Shown piece after piece: positions 1-12,968 of a DNA stretch of 62,640 nt. Location: assembly GCF_004010195.1 (NCBI RefSeq), contig NC_057752.1, positions 10,010,512-10,073,151 on the forward strand, read 5' to 3'. Position numbers and translations under genes: made by a program. The DNA is from Chiloscyllium plagiosum. Lineage: Eukaryota. The notes beneath the pieces were generated by a model. That model saw nothing but the letters and a program-made list of their open reading frames with translations. It had not been told where the DNA came from and did no database searches. The first letter of the stretch is position 1; every line of letters begins with the position of its first letter.

Positions 1-320
1 CCCATCGGGGCCAGGAGATTTATCAATTTTAAGGCCTTTTAGCTTTTCTAGCACTTTCTCTTTTGTAATGGCAACCATACTCAATTCAGCCCCCTGACTC
101 CCTTTAATTGTTGGGATATTACTCATGTCTTCCACTGTGAAGACTGATGCAAAGTACTTATTAAGTTCTGCTGCTATTTGCTTATCTCCCATCACTAGGC
201 TTCCAGCATCAGTTTGAAGTGGCCCAATGTCTACTTTTGCCTGTCTTTTGTTTCTTATGTACTGAAAGAAACTTTTGCTATCATTTCTAATATTACTGGC
301 TAGCCTACCTTCATATTTGA
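1..320 (-). mobile_element. CR1 LINE ORF2 fragment (degenerate)
   Basis: The minus strand at 1-30 reads ...DKSPGPDG, the CR1 ORF2 pre-RT motif. The adjacent sequence resembles the ELNKYFASVFTVED region. Confidence 0.8.
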
Positions 321-787
321 TTGTTATCATCCAAGTGTCTATTTATCCCATCCTTTAGATTCTAGCAATTTTCCTTCTCCTGATATAAGGTCATGGGCCT
401 GTAGTTCCCTGTTATTTTTCTTGCTCCCTTTATAAATAGTGGAGAGTGACATTTGCTCCCTTCCAATTGGCAGGAATCATTCCAGAATCTATAGAATTTT
501 GGAAGATAATCACCAACACATCAACTGTCTCTATAGCCGCCTCCTTCAACCCTCTGGGATGAAGACCATCAGATCTTGGGATTTAACAAATTTCAGCCTT
601 TAATTTCTTGGGTACAATGTTCTTATTAATGCTAATATCCTTCAAATCCTTGTCCTTCCTAGCTGCTTGGATGTCTCATTGTGAAGATTTCAGGCATCTT
701 CCTCTGTGAAAACAGACAAAGGAATCATTTAGCTAAGTTCTCATTTCTCTATTCCCAGTTATAAATTCCCCTGATTCTGCCTGTAAT

Positions 788-1309
788 GGAGGAGAGAGTG
801 AAGTCTGTAGATGCTGGCGATCAGAGCTGAAAATGTGTTGCTGGAAAAGCGCAGCAGGTCAGGCAGCATCCAGGGAACAGGAGAATCGACGTTTCGGGCA
901 CCTCTGGGACACCCGGACCGACCAACCCAACCACCCTGTGGCTCAACACTTTAACTCCCCCTCCCACTCCAGCAAGGATATGCAGGTNNNNNNNNNNNNN
1001 NNNNNNNNNNNNNNNNNNNNNNNNNNNNNNNNNNNNNNNNNNNNNNNNNNNNNNNNNNNNNNNNNNNNNNNNNNNNNNNNNNNNNNNNNNNNNNNNNNNN
1101 NNATCTGTCCTATCACCCTCACCTTGACCTTTTTCCACCTATCACATTTCCGACGCCCCTCCCCCAAGTCCCTCCTCCCTACTTTTTATCTTAGCCTGCT
1201 GGACAAACTTTCCTCATTCCTGAAGAAGGGCTCATGCCCGAAACGTCGATTCTCCTGTTCCCTGGATGCTGCCTGGCCTGCTGCGCTTTTCCAGCAACAC
1301 ATTTTCAGC
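788..1309. mobile_element. Penelope-like element remnant with inverted pLTRs and a GIY-YIG C-terminal fragment (contains a gap)
   Basis: About 825-900 is the reverse complement of about 1236-1311. The interior encodes HLWDTRTDQPNHPVAQHFNSPSHS. A 12-bp TSD TCTGCCTGTAAT lies at 776-787 and 1310-1321. Confidence 0.85.
1220..1247 (+). ncRNA. Minimal hammerhead ribozyme motif in a Penelope pLTR (same family at 8330-8357 +, about 7123-7150 -, 20503-20530 +, 47156 +)
   Basis: The sequence reads CTGAAGA-A-GGGC-TCAT-GCCC-GAAA-CGTC: a CUGANGA core, a stem II hairpin, GAAA and a GUC triplet. Minimal hammerheads in Penelope-like LTRs are established. Confidence 0.7.
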
Positions 1310-2595
1310 TCTGCCTGTAATTGACTCACATTCATTTTCGCCAAACTGATTATTTTACTTACCTGTAGAAGCTTTAAGAGTTTTGTGCTAGATTGAATTC
1401 ATATTCTGTTTTCTCTTCCCCTTTTCTTCGTCCTCTTTTATTGTATTCTATAAACTTCCCAATCCTCAGATTTACTGCTCTTTCTGGCAACTTTGTACAC
1501 CTTTTGGGTTGGTAAATTAAGTGTTTTTAAATCTCTTTTGGCAACTTAGAGCAGAGAGGATGGAAGCTAGGCAGTTGCATGCTCCTCTTGCAGAATGTGG
1601 GAGATAGGGGTCACCACTTGTGTCCCTGCTGACTTCACCTGCGAGAAGTGCACCCAACTCCAGCTCCTCACAGACCGCGTTAGGGAATTGGAGCTGGATG
1701 AACTTCAGATCGTTAGTGAGGATTATGAGGAGGTAGTCACAGCTAAGTTACAGGATAAAGGTAGCTGGGTGACCATCAGGAGAGAGAAAGGGAAAAGGCA
1801 ATCAGTGCAGGAATCTCCTGTGGCCGTTCCCCTCAATAATAAGTGTACCGCTTTGGATACTGTTGGGAGGGACCCCACCAGGGGAAAGCCACAGTCGCCA
1901 GGTCTCTGGCACTGAGTCTGGCTCTGTGGCTCAGAAGGGAAGGTGGAGAATTGGAGAGTGATAGTGATAGGAGATTCACTCGTGAGAGGAACAGACAGGA
2001 GATTCTGTGGTCGCGAACGAAACTCCCGGTGGTGTGTTGCATTCTGGATGCCGGGATCAGAGATGTCTTGGATTGAATCTCCAGGATTCTTAAGGGGGAG
2101 GGAGAAAAGTCGTGGTACACATCGGTACCAATGACATAGCTAGGAAAAGGGATGAGGGCCTGCAGAGTGAATATAGGGAATTAGGTTGGAAGCTAAAAGG
2201 ACGAGCAGAGTAGTAATCTCAGGGTTGCTACCGGTGCCACAGGCTAGTGAGGCAGGAACAGAGACAGCAAGTGCAGCTGAACACGTGGCTGCAGAGCTGG
2301 TGTAGGAGGGAGGGCTTCAGATATGTGGATCATTGCGATACCTTCTTGGGTAGGTGGGACCTGTACACGGAGGACGGGTTGCCCCTGAACTGGAGGGACA
2401 CCAATATCCTGGGCGGGAGGTTTGCTAGAGCTCTTAGGGAGGGTTTCAACTAGTTTGGCAGAGGGATGGGAACCAGACCTATGGATCAGAGGATGGGGCA
2501 GCTGGTGAACAGGCAGATACAGCATGCAGAGAGACTGTGAGGAAGGATAGACAGTTGATAGGGCAAAGTTGCAGTCAGTGTGATGGGTTGAAGTT

Positions 2596-2911
2596 TAGAT
2601 TAGATTCTTTACAGTGTGGGAACAGGCCCTTCGGCCCAACCAGTCCACCCCGACCCTCCCGAAGAGTAACCCATCCAGACCCAGTTCCCTCTGACTAATG
2701 CACCTAGCACTATGGGCAATTTAACATGGCCAATTCACCTGACCTGCACATCTTTGGACTGTGGGAGGAAACTGGAGCACCCGGAGGAAACCCACGCAGA
2801 CACGAGGAGAATGTGCAAACTCCATACAGACAGACTTCCGAGGCTGGAATCGAACCTGAGACCCTGGCGCTGTGAGGCAGCAGTGCTAACCACTGTGCCA
2901 TCGTGCCACCC
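2596..2911 (-). mobile_element. HE1-type V-SINE (tRNA head, V core, CR1-like tail)
   Basis: The minus strand has a TGGCACAGTGG A box, a GGTTCGATTCC B box, the V core GGAGTTTGCACATTCTCC..GGGTTTCCTCCGGGTGCTCC and an (AATCT)n tail. Confidence 0.9.
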
Positions 2912-4848
2912 AATGTGTGTCTATTTTAATGCAAGAGGTGTCAGGAATGCGGGTGATGAACTTAGAGCATGGATCAGTACTTGGAGCTCAGGTGTTGTGG
3001 CCATTAGGGAGACTTGGATATCACAGGGGCAGGAATGGTTGTTGGATGTTCTGGTGTTTATATGTTTCAAAAGGAATAGGGAAGGAGGTAAAAGAGGTGG
3101 GGGAGTGGCATTGCTAATCAGGGATAGTATTACAGCTGCAGAAAGGGAGGTCGTTGAGGAGGGTTTGTCTATTGAGTTACTATTGGTGTAAGTCAGAAAC
3201 AGGAAAGGAGCAGTCACTTTATTGGGAGTTTTCTATGGACCCCCCAATAGTAACAGAGACACTGAGGAGCAGATTGGGATGCACATTTTGGAAAGGTGCA
3301 GGAAAAGTAACAGGGTTGTTGTCATGGGTGACTTCAACTTCCCTAGTTTGGATGGAGCAGATTCTGTCAGGTGTGTCTGGGAAGGATTTCTGTCTCAATA
3401 TGTAGATAGGCCAACTAGAGGGGAGGCCATATTGGATTTGGAGCTTGGCAATGAATCACGTCAGGTGTCAGATTTCTTGGTGGGAGAGCATTTTGGTGAT
3501 AATGATCACAACTCCCTGGCCTTTACGATAATGGAGAGGTATAGGAGCAGATGGTATGGAAAACTATTTAATTAGGGGAGGGGGAATTACAATGCTATTA
3601 GGCAGGAACTGTGGAACACAAATTGGGAACAGATATTCTCAGGGAAGTGCATGACCGAAATGTGGAGGTTGTTTAGGGAGCACTTGCAGCCAGTGCCGGA
3701 TAGGTTTGTCCCACTGAGGCAAGGAAAGGATGGTAGGGCGAAGGAACCTTGGATGACAAGAAATGTAGAACATCTAGTCAAGAGGAAGAAGGAAGCTTAC
3801 TTAAGGTTGAGGACGCAAGGATCAGGGCTGTAGAGGGTTACAAGGTAGCCAGGAAACAACTGAAGAATGAGCTTAGGAGAGCTAGAAGTGGACATGAAAA
3901 AGTCTTGGCGGGTAGGATTAAGGAAAACCTCAAGGCATTCGATGTGAGGAACAAGAGGATGGCCAGAGTGAGGGCAGGGGCAATCAGGGATGGTGGAGGG
4001 AACTTGTGCCCAGAGTTGGAGGAGGTAGGGGAGGTCCTTAATGAATACTTTGCTTCAATATTCACTGCAAGAGGGACCTTGTCATTTGTGAAGACAACAT
4101 GAAACAGGCTGATAAGCTCAAACAGGTTGATGTTAAGAAGGAGGATATGTTGGAAATAAGGATAGATAAGTCCCCTGGGCCAGCCAGATGTACCCAAGGT
4201 TGCTACGGGAAGCGAGGGAAGCAATGATCTTTGCGTCCTCACTGTCCACTGGAGTAGTACCAGATAATTGGAGGGTGGCAAATGTTATTCCCTTGTTCAA
4301 GAAAGGGATAATTGTTGGAATTACAGGCCAGTTAATCTTACGTCGGTGGTGAGCAAATTATTGGAGAGGATTCTGAGAGACAAGATTTACGATTATTTGG
4401 AAAAGCATAGTTTGATTAGAGATAGTCAGCATGGCTTTGTGAGGGGCAGGTCATACCTCACAAACCTTATTGAATTCTTCGAGGATGTAACAAAACACGT
4501 TGATGAAGATAGAGCAGTAGATGTTGTGTATATGGATTTTAGCAAGGTGTTTGATAAGGTTCCCCATGGTTGGCTCATTCAGAAAGTAAGGAGGCATAGG
4601 ATATAGGGAAACCTATCTGTCTGGATACAGAATTGCCTGGCCCATGGAAGACGGAGGGTGATAGTAGATGGAAAATATTCAGCCTGGAGCTCGGTGACCA
4701 GTGGTGTTCTGTTCTGGGAGCTCTGCTGTTTGTGATTTTTATAAATGACTTGGATGAGGAAGTGGAAGGGTGGGTTAGTAAGTTTGCTGATAACACGAAA
4801 GTTGGTGGAGTTGTGGATAGTGTGGAGGGCTGTTGTAGGTTGCAACAC

Positions 4849-6390
4849 TGTTAAAGTACAAACTTGAGATGGCCCAGGGAATCCCTCGTGGACCCAACCT
4901 GTAAGCCTCTCTTGATTCGTCCCGGAGATCGTACTCTTTGGTAGCCTGGAATAAAAACCTCTTACAGACAGTTTAGTTTAATTTTAGTCATCCCCTTTAT
5001 TCATTAATAGCATCACTGTTACAACAAAACACTGATATCCATAAGCTAAACTAACTAGGTTCTAACAACCCAGGAGAGTAGGATATCGCTCTTCCTTTAA
5101 GAGCACTCTCAGGCTACTCTGTCTTACTGTCACAAACAGGCTTCCTCTATATAAAATGGTTACAAAAAACACTGCATGTTCTTAATTAATCAGACAACAG
5201 TGAAAGACAATAATTCATAAGGAAGAGAAGTTAATTGACAGATCTGTGTGCACTTGACTGATCACTCCTACTGGCCTTGAGCTATCCATCAGGTGGGAGT
5301 AACAAATCCAGCCGAGTTAGGCGTCAGCTGGCGAGATAAGTTCCGATAAAGAAGTACCAGTCTAAATTAAGTAGGAGATGTCATAAGGTAACCTTGCACA
5401 GCTCACATGTCTGATACAATTGTTATACAAAATGGCTTCTTAGCAAGGAGGGCAAACTTTTGACCATAAAATGGCTTCCCAATAGATTGTGTCAGAATCT
5501 CTTCAGTGTTAGGTTTAGAATAATTTTGAGCTGGGAGCAGACTCCTGCTTTTTATCTTAAGCACAGAATCATTCTGTACCTGAGGCTGAAATGTTACCGC
5601 AAGGTTGCATTTAAATTGATTCATTAGTCTCGAATTAAACATGCTTTTTTTTCAAGGTTGTGATTCAAATTCAAATAAGACGTAAGATCTGACTAGTTAG
5701 AACTGACAGTGGGGCAGTCATGGTCTGTAAAAACAGCAAGTAAGTTAAAGCTTCGTCAATGTTACCTTTTACAGAGTTTGCATTTCAGAACCAGTAATGG
5801 CTACTCAAAAAATCATCATAAAGTCTCAAAATGCAATTCAATTCAATCCATAGCAAGTAAGCACAGAGTTAATTTTCTACTGGCTTCGGCAGTCCCAGCA
5901 CTAAAATGGTCTCTCTCTCTCTCTCTCTATCTAGTGTCCTTTTGAACTCTCAAGTCAGGGACTTGTAACAGAAAAGATGTTTTCCTTCTGTGTCTGCCCA
6001 GCTTGCAACGGGTAATAAAAATCCAATATAATTGATAGGACCTGACCGTCAATTACAAGGCTTTTGATGATACTGAGTTTCGTTTGGAGGTCAGAATCAA
6101 ACAGTCATTAATTTCATAAGGGAACCCCCATGAATATTATCACTCAGTATCCTGTTTACACAGATTCACTGATGTTAAGGCAAATATTCTTAATTGCCTT
6201 AGAGCATCCTGCTATCACTTAGTGAGAACAAATGTCTTTTTCTTCTGCATAATTTGGGTTTCCCCTTTTTCCATGGCCCTACCCTCCCTGCCTGTCTATT
6301 TTCTAGTATGCAGCAAATGTGTTCGATAATTCGAAGTTACATTTTAGCCTAAATGTTTAAGGACAAGTTTTAAGGCTATAGACTTTCTCA
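4849..6390 (-). mobile_element. Long (1542 bp) solo LTR inserted in CR1 RT
   Basis: It interrupts the CR1 frame GCCRLQ|QDIDRMQ. The ends are TG...CA with an imperfect inverted repeat (TGTTAAAGT / TGAGAAAGT), flanked by ACAC (4845-4848) and ACAG (6391-6394). The minus strand has a TATA-like element at about 5150 and AATAAA at about 5000. Confidence 0.75.
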
Positions 6391-7029
6391 ACAGGACATT
6401 GACAGGATGCAGGGCTGGGCTGAGTAGTGGCAGATGGAGTTCAACATGGAAAAGTGTGAAGTGATTCATTTTGAAAGGTTGAATTTGAATGCAAATTACA
6501 GGGTTAAAGGCAGGATTCTTGACAATGTGGAGGAACAGAGGGATCTTGGGATTCATGTCCATAGATCCCTCAAAGTTGCCACCCAAGTTGATAGGATTGT
6601 TAAGATAGCATTTGGTGTGTTGGCTTTCATTTACAGGGGGATTGAGTTTAAGAAGCGTGAGGTTCTGCTGCAGCTTTATAAAGCCCTGGTTAGACCACAC
6701 TTGGAATATTGTGTCCAGTTCTGGTCCCCTCATTATATGAAGGATGTGGAAGCTTTAGAGAGGGTGCAGAAGAGATTTACCAGGATGCTGCCTGGACTGG
6801 ACGGTGTGTCCTTTGAAGAAAGGTTAAGGGAACGAGGGCTTTTCTCATTGAAGTAAAGAAGGATGAGAGGTGGCTTAATGGAAGTGTACAAGATGATGAG
6901 TGGAATAGGTAGAGTGGATGGCCAGAAACTTTTCCCCAGGGTGGAAATGGCTATCATGAGGGGGTATCATTTTAAGTGATTGGAGGAAGGTTTAAGGGAG
7001 ATGTCAGAGGTAGGTTCTTTATACAGGAT

Positions 7030-8420
7030 AAAGTGAGGACTGCAGATGCTGGAGATCAGAGCTGAAAAATGTGTTGCTGGAAAAGCGTAGCAGGTCAGGC
7101 AGCATCCAAGGAGCAGGAGAATCGACGTTTCGGGCATAAGCCCTTCTTCAGGAATGAGGAGGGGGAGTTAAAGGTTGGGTCCAAATTTTGTTGGTCGGAA
7201 CGTAGTCCGGAGTCCATGCGGGGTCAGTCGGTTCCGTAGGCAGGTGCTGAGGAAGGAGATGTGGCTGTGGTAGCGAGTCTGTTTGAGGACGTGGCTGAAG
7301 AGCTTCAGGGCAGAGGAGATGACCTGGGGGGTGCAGTGAGAGAGGGACTCACTGAGGTCCTTGTAGAGGGAGGAAGAGAGCTTCTTCAAGGAAGGCATCC
7401 TTGCAAGAGGATTCGCAGTAGGTTAAAATCAACTAGGAGAAAGTGAAGACTGCAGANNNNNNNNNNNNNNNNNNNNNNNNNNNNNNNNNNNNNNNNNNNN
7501 NNNNNNNNNNNNNNNNNNNNNNNNNNNNNNNNNNNNNNNNNNNNNNNNNNNNNNNNNNNNNNNNNNNNNNNNNNNNNNNNNNNNNNNNNNNNNNNNNNNN
7601 NNNNNNNNNNNNNNNNNNNNNNNNNNNNNNNNNNNNNNNNNNNNNNNNNNNNNNNNNNNNNNNNNNNNNNNNNNNNNNNNNNNNNNNNNNNNNNNNNNNN
7701 NNNNNNNNNNNNNNNNNNNNNNNNNNNNNNNNNNNNNNNNNNNNNNNNNNNNNNNNNNNNNNNNNNNNNNNNNNNNNNNNNNNNNNNNNNNNNNNNNNNN
7801 NNNNNNNNNNNNNNNNNNNNNNNNNNNNNNNNNNNNNNNNNNNNNNNNNNNNNNNNNNNNNNNNNNNNNNNNNNNNNNNNNNNNNNNNNNNNNNNNNNNN
7901 NNNNNNNNNNNNNNNNNNNNNNNNNNNNNNNNNNNNNNNNNNNNNNNNNNNNNNNNNNNNNNNNNNNNNNNNNNNNNNNNNNNNNNNNNNNNNNNNNNNN
8001 NNNNNNNNNNNNNNNNNNNNNNNNNNNNNNNNNNNNNNNNNNNNNNNNNNNNNNNNNNNNNNNNNNNNNNNNNNNNNNNNNNNNNNNNNNNNNNNNNNNN
8101 NNNNNNNNNNNNNNNNNNNNNNNNNNNNNNNNNNNNNNNNNNNNNNNNNNNNNNNNNNNNNNNNNNNNNNNNNNNNNNNNNNNNNNNNNNNNNNNNNNNN
8201 NNNNNNNNNNNNNNNNNNNNNNNNNNNNNNNNNNNNNNNNNNNNNNNNNNNNNNNNNNNNNNNNNNNNNTCCCCCAAGTCCATCTTCCCTACCTTTTATC
8301 TTAGCCTGCTTGGCACACCCTCCTCATTCCTGAAGAAGGGCTTATGCCCGAAACGTCGATTCTCCTGCTCCTTGGATGCTGCCTGACCTGCTGCGCTTTT
8401 CCAGCAACACATTTTTCAGC
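7030..8420. mobile_element. Penelope-like element with inverted pLTRs and an ORF N-terminus (mostly gap)
   Basis: A 14-bp TSD TCTTTATACAGGAT lies at 7016-7029 and 8421-8434. About 7060-7165 is inverted relative to about 8318-8421. Minus ORF 7168-7398 (HSHISFLSTCLRNRLTPHGL) resembles a Penelope ORF N-terminus. Confidence 0.85.
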
Positions 8421-8521
8421 TCTTTATACAGGATGGTGGGTGCGTGGAATGCACTGCCAGTGGTGGTAGTACAGCCAGATACATTAGGGACACTTGGATA
8501 GGTACGTTGATGATAGGGTAT

Positions 8522-9227
8522 TATTACGACATGGGGTATACCCCTCTGCTAATTAAAACCCGACGCAGAGAAGCTCACCTCATGGCATAATCTGTTAAGT
8601 TTTGAGAGGCAAAGAACCATTCCAGATCTCACTAGTTAAAGTAAAAATTAAAACATTTATTCTCTTAAGTCCAAAAGACAACATTAAACAACTATTTACA
8701 ACTCCTTTCTCTTAAACCTATCTTTTATCTCCCACTCTACAATATTGGTCTGATAAATTCCCTCTTAAGTTCACAGCAAATCACTTTCAAACTTAGTTGT
8801 CATCTATGGATGTCGAACTTTCTCTGTAGATTTTTCTGGGTTGACTTTGGGGTTCTGCTGCACAAATTCCTTATGGATAAGTACCTTTCAGAGAGCTATT
8901 CTGCTAGTAGTCTATACTTGTTGGTGTTCTTGGCAGTTCTGCCCCTAACTGTTCAAAATGTCCAGTTTTATACCTCAAAACATTGGATCATTTCATTGGT
9001 TTGAAGACATTAAAAAATAAATTCAAATTCGATTGGATTTTGGACTCTGGGGCATTATTTATACTGATTGGCCGGATTTGAATTTGGTTTTGTACCATGG
9101 CAGCACAGCACCAGCTATGTCAACCAAATGTTACATTTTTAACTCGTTCAGCACACTCTGTGCTTTCAGTCCTTGCCAGCTTCCTCACTGCCTTAAAGGT
9201 ACAGTACACACCTACACCTTCATAACA
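8522..9227. mobile_element. Solo LTR (706 bp) inserted in the CR1 3' UTR
   Basis: A 4-bp TSD GTAT lies at 8518-8521 and 9228-9231. The termini TATTACGA...TCATAACA match TGTTA..TAACA LTR ends with one substitution. The CR1 tail resumes afterwards. Confidence 0.75.
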
Positions 9228-9637
9228 GTATGTAGGTTAGTTTGATTTTAGAGTAAGCTAAAAGGTCGCGCAACATCGAGGGCTGAAGGGCCTGTATTGT
9301 GCTGTACTGTTCTATGTTCTATTCTTTTAATCTTACACTGTCCTAAACTCCCTTTTTTAGCCATGCTTGATCGGCCTTTTTTGAATTTTTGTACCTTGAA
9401 AGAATGTTTAGTTGCTTTAAATCATGTAATGGTTCTTTAAAAGCTATCCATTGCCTTTGTAGTCATGACCTTTAATGTATTTCCCCAATTCACCTCAGCC
9501 AATTTCTGCCTCATGCCTTCTCAAATTTAATACCTGTGCTTCAGAATGAATGATTTCACTTTCAAACATAATGTAAAATTCCATCATATTGTAGTCACGC
9601 ATCCCTAAAGGTTCTTCAGAACAAGATTGTTATTTAG

Positions 9638-12600
9638 CAGGGATGGCAAACACAGCCCCGTCAACCATGCAAAGTCTGCCTTACCAACATCTGGGGCCTA
9701 TGCGAAAATTAGGAGAGGTGTCTCACATACTAGTCAAACAACTGACATAGTCATATTCAGGGAATCATACCTTCTGGACAACGTTCCCCATATCATCACC
9801 CCAGGGTATCCCACCTGCAGGACAAATCCAACAAAGGTGGCAGCACAGTGATATATATTCAGAGGGAGCTGCCCTGGGTGGCCTCAACATTGACTATATG
9901 AAGTCTCATGGCATCAGGTTAAATATGGGCAAGGAAACTTCCTGCTTATTAACACATACCTCTTCCCTTGGCTGATGAATCAGTACTCCTCCATACTGAA
10001 CACCACAGACTAAGGCTGGCAAAATGGGGGAATTTCAATATGGCTCTGCAGCAGCGCTGCTGATTGAGTTTGTTGAATCCTAAAGGACATAGCTGCAAGA
10101 ACGTGACTGTCACAGGTGGTGAGGGAATGAACAAGAGGGAAAAACATACTTGACCTTATCTTGACCAATCTGCTTGATTCAGATGCATCTGTCCATGACA
10201 ATATTGGGAAGAGAGACCACCTCACAGTCCTTGTGGGGATGAAGTCCTGAGAATACCCTATCCTGTTGTATCACACTATCACTGTGCTAAATGGGACAGA
10301 CTTCGAACAGATCTAGCTACTCAAGACTGGGCATCCATGCGGTACTGGGGGTCATCAGCAGAAACAAAAGTGAACTCCAAACAATCTGTAGCCTCGTGGC
10401 TTGGCATATCCCCCACTCTGCCATAACTTCATGTCAGGAGATCAACCCTGATTCAATGAAGAATGCAGGAGAGCATGCCAAGAGCAGCACCAAGCACACC
10501 TAAAAATGAAGTGTCACCATGGTGAAACTACCAAACTGGACTACTTGAATGCCAAACAACAGAAAGAGGAAGCAATATACAGAGCTAAGTGATTCCACAA
10601 TCACTAGATCAGATCTAAGCTCTGAAGTCTTGCCACATCCAGTTGTGAATGGTGATGGTCAATTAACTGGAGGAGGAGGCTTCACAAGTATCCCCATCCT
10701 CAATGATGGGAGTGCCCAGCATGTCAATGCAAAAGATAAGGCTGAAGTATTCACAGCAACCATCAGTCAGAAGTGATACATCGTGCCTTTCTCCAGAGGT
10801 TCTCACCAGCACAGGTGCCAGTCTTCAGTCAATTCAATTCACTGCACATGATATCAAGAAACAGCTGGAGGTGCTGGATATTGAAAGGTGGTGGGTTCTG
10901 ACAACATTCTGGCAAGAGCACCGGAGACTTGTGCTTCAGAACTTGCTGTTCTCCGAGTTAAGCTGTTCCAGTACAGCTACAACACTGGCATCTACCTGAC
11001 AATGTGGAAAATTGCCCAAGTATGTCCTGTACACAAAAAGCAGGTCAAATCCACTCCAGCCAATTATTCACCCATTAATCTACTCTTGATTATCAGTAAA
11101 GTGATGGAAGGTGTTATCAACAGCGCTATCCATCAGCACCCTGTTCAGCAATAACTTGCCGACTGGCGCCCAATTTGGATTCCATCAGAGCCATTCAGCT
11201 CCTGATGTCATTACAGGCTTGGTTCAAACATGGACAAAGAACTGAATTCCAGAGGGGAGGTGACAGTGACAGCCCTTGACATCAAGTCTCATTTGACTAA
11301 GTGCATATCAAGGAAGACTTGCAAACAATGAGTCAATGAGAATCAGGGGGAAAACTCTCCATTGATTGAAGTCATACTGAGCACAAAGAAAAGTGTTTGT
11401 GGCTGTTGGAGGTCAGTCATCTCAGCTCCAGGACATCTCTGCAGGAGTTCCTCAGGGTAGTGTCCTAGGCCCAGCTATTTTCAGCTGCTTCACCAATGAC
11501 TTTTCCTCCATCATAAGGTCAGAAACATATTCAGGACTGATTCTTGACTGCTCAGAAACTGAAGCAATCCATATTGAAATGCAGCAAAACCTGGACTGAT
11601 AAGTACCCAGTAACATTCACACCACACAAGCTAAACAGTAATCATCCAAGAGAGAATCTAACCATCACCCCATGACAAATCCAACCCAGCCAATGACCAT
11701 CCCATTCTTTTACTCTTGATCATCAGTAAAGTGATGGAAGGTGTCATCAACAGGTGCCATCAAGTAGCACCTGGTCAGAAATAACCTGCCCCCGATGCCC
11801 CATTTGGGTTCTACCAGGGCGACTCTGCTCCTGACCTCATAATAGCACTGCTTTAAACATGGACAAAAGAGCTGAATTCTAGAGGTGAGGTCAGAGTGAC
11901 AGCCCTTGACATCAAGGCAGAATTTGACCAAGTGTGGCATCAAGGAGCCGTAGCAAAACTGGAGTCAATGGGAATTGGGGAAAACTCTGGTGGTTGGAGT
12001 CATAACTGGCACATAGGAAGATGGTTGTGGTTGCTGGAGGTCAGTCATCTCAGCTCCAGGACATCTCTGCAGGAGTTCTGGGTAGTGTCCGAGGCCCAAC
12101 CATCTTCAGCTGCTTCAACAATGACCACCTCTCCAGCATAGGGTCAGAGGTGGCAGTGTTCACAGATGATTACACAATGTACAGCACCATTCACAACTCC
12201 TCAGATACTGAAGCAGTCCATGTTTAAAATGCAGCAAGACCTGAACAATACCCAGGCTTGGGCAGAAAAGTAGCGTGTAACATTCATGTCAAATAAATGC
12301 CTTGCAGTGTCCATCTCCAAGAGAGAATCTAACCATTCTCCCTTGACATGCAACTGCAATGAACATCACTGATCCCACCCCAACTATCAACATCCTGGCT
12401 ATTACTGTTGACCAAAAACTGAACTGGACTAACCATCTTAATACAGTCATTGCAAGAGCAGGTCAGAGGCTAGGAATTCTACAGTGAGTAACTCACCTCT
12501 TGCCTCCCCAGAGCCTGTCCACCATCGACAAGACAGAAGTCAGGGGTGTGGTAGAATACTCCCCACTTGTCTGGATGGGTAAAGCTCAGACAACACTCTA

Positions 12601-12968
12601 GAAGCTTGACACTATCCAGGACGAAGCAGCCCGCTTGATTGACACTGCATCCACAAGCATCCACTCCCTTCACCACTGATGCTCAGTAGCAGCATGATGC
12701 ACTATTTACCAATGCACTGCAGAAATTCACCAAAGATCCTCAGGCAGCACCTTCCAAACCCATGACCACTTCCATCTATAAGGACAAGGGCAGCAGATAA
12801 TATGGGAACACCATCCCCTGCAAGTTCCCCTCCAAGCCATTCACTATCCTGACTTAGAAATATATTGCTGTTCCTTCACTGTCACTGGGCCTTGCTCAAA
12901 GGCACCTAGGGTTGAGCAATAAGTGCTGGCCCAGCCTGCAAGCCCCCATCCCATGAATGAATGCAAAA
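9638..12968 (+). mobile_element. Decayed non-LTR retrotransposon (APE + RT, CR1/L2-group but distinct from CR1) with a duplicated RT segment
   Basis: Motifs DIVIFRESYL (APE), [36 protein letters not shown] and FTDD are present. The 3' end is CCCATGAATGAATGCAAAAA. Confidence 0.85.

Larger units (their letters stand above)
1540..9323 (+). mobile_element. Near full-length decayed CR1 LINE (ORF1 zinc finger + SGNH esterase; ORF2 APE + RT), interrupted by a SINE, two solo LTRs and a Penelope element
   Basis: ORF1 motifs: CSSCRMWE..CEKC, IGDSLVRG, HIGTND. ORF2 motifs: [59 protein letters not shown] 3' tail TTCTATGTTCTAT lies at about 9310-9322. Confidence 0.92.

Noticed and set aside
5403..5945. 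Short ORFs inside the long LTR as viral accessory genes
   Set aside because: They are under 80 aa with no recognisable motif, which is within chance expectation.
7429..8333. Long ORFs of 284-296 aa
   Set aside because: They consist almost entirely of N-gap.
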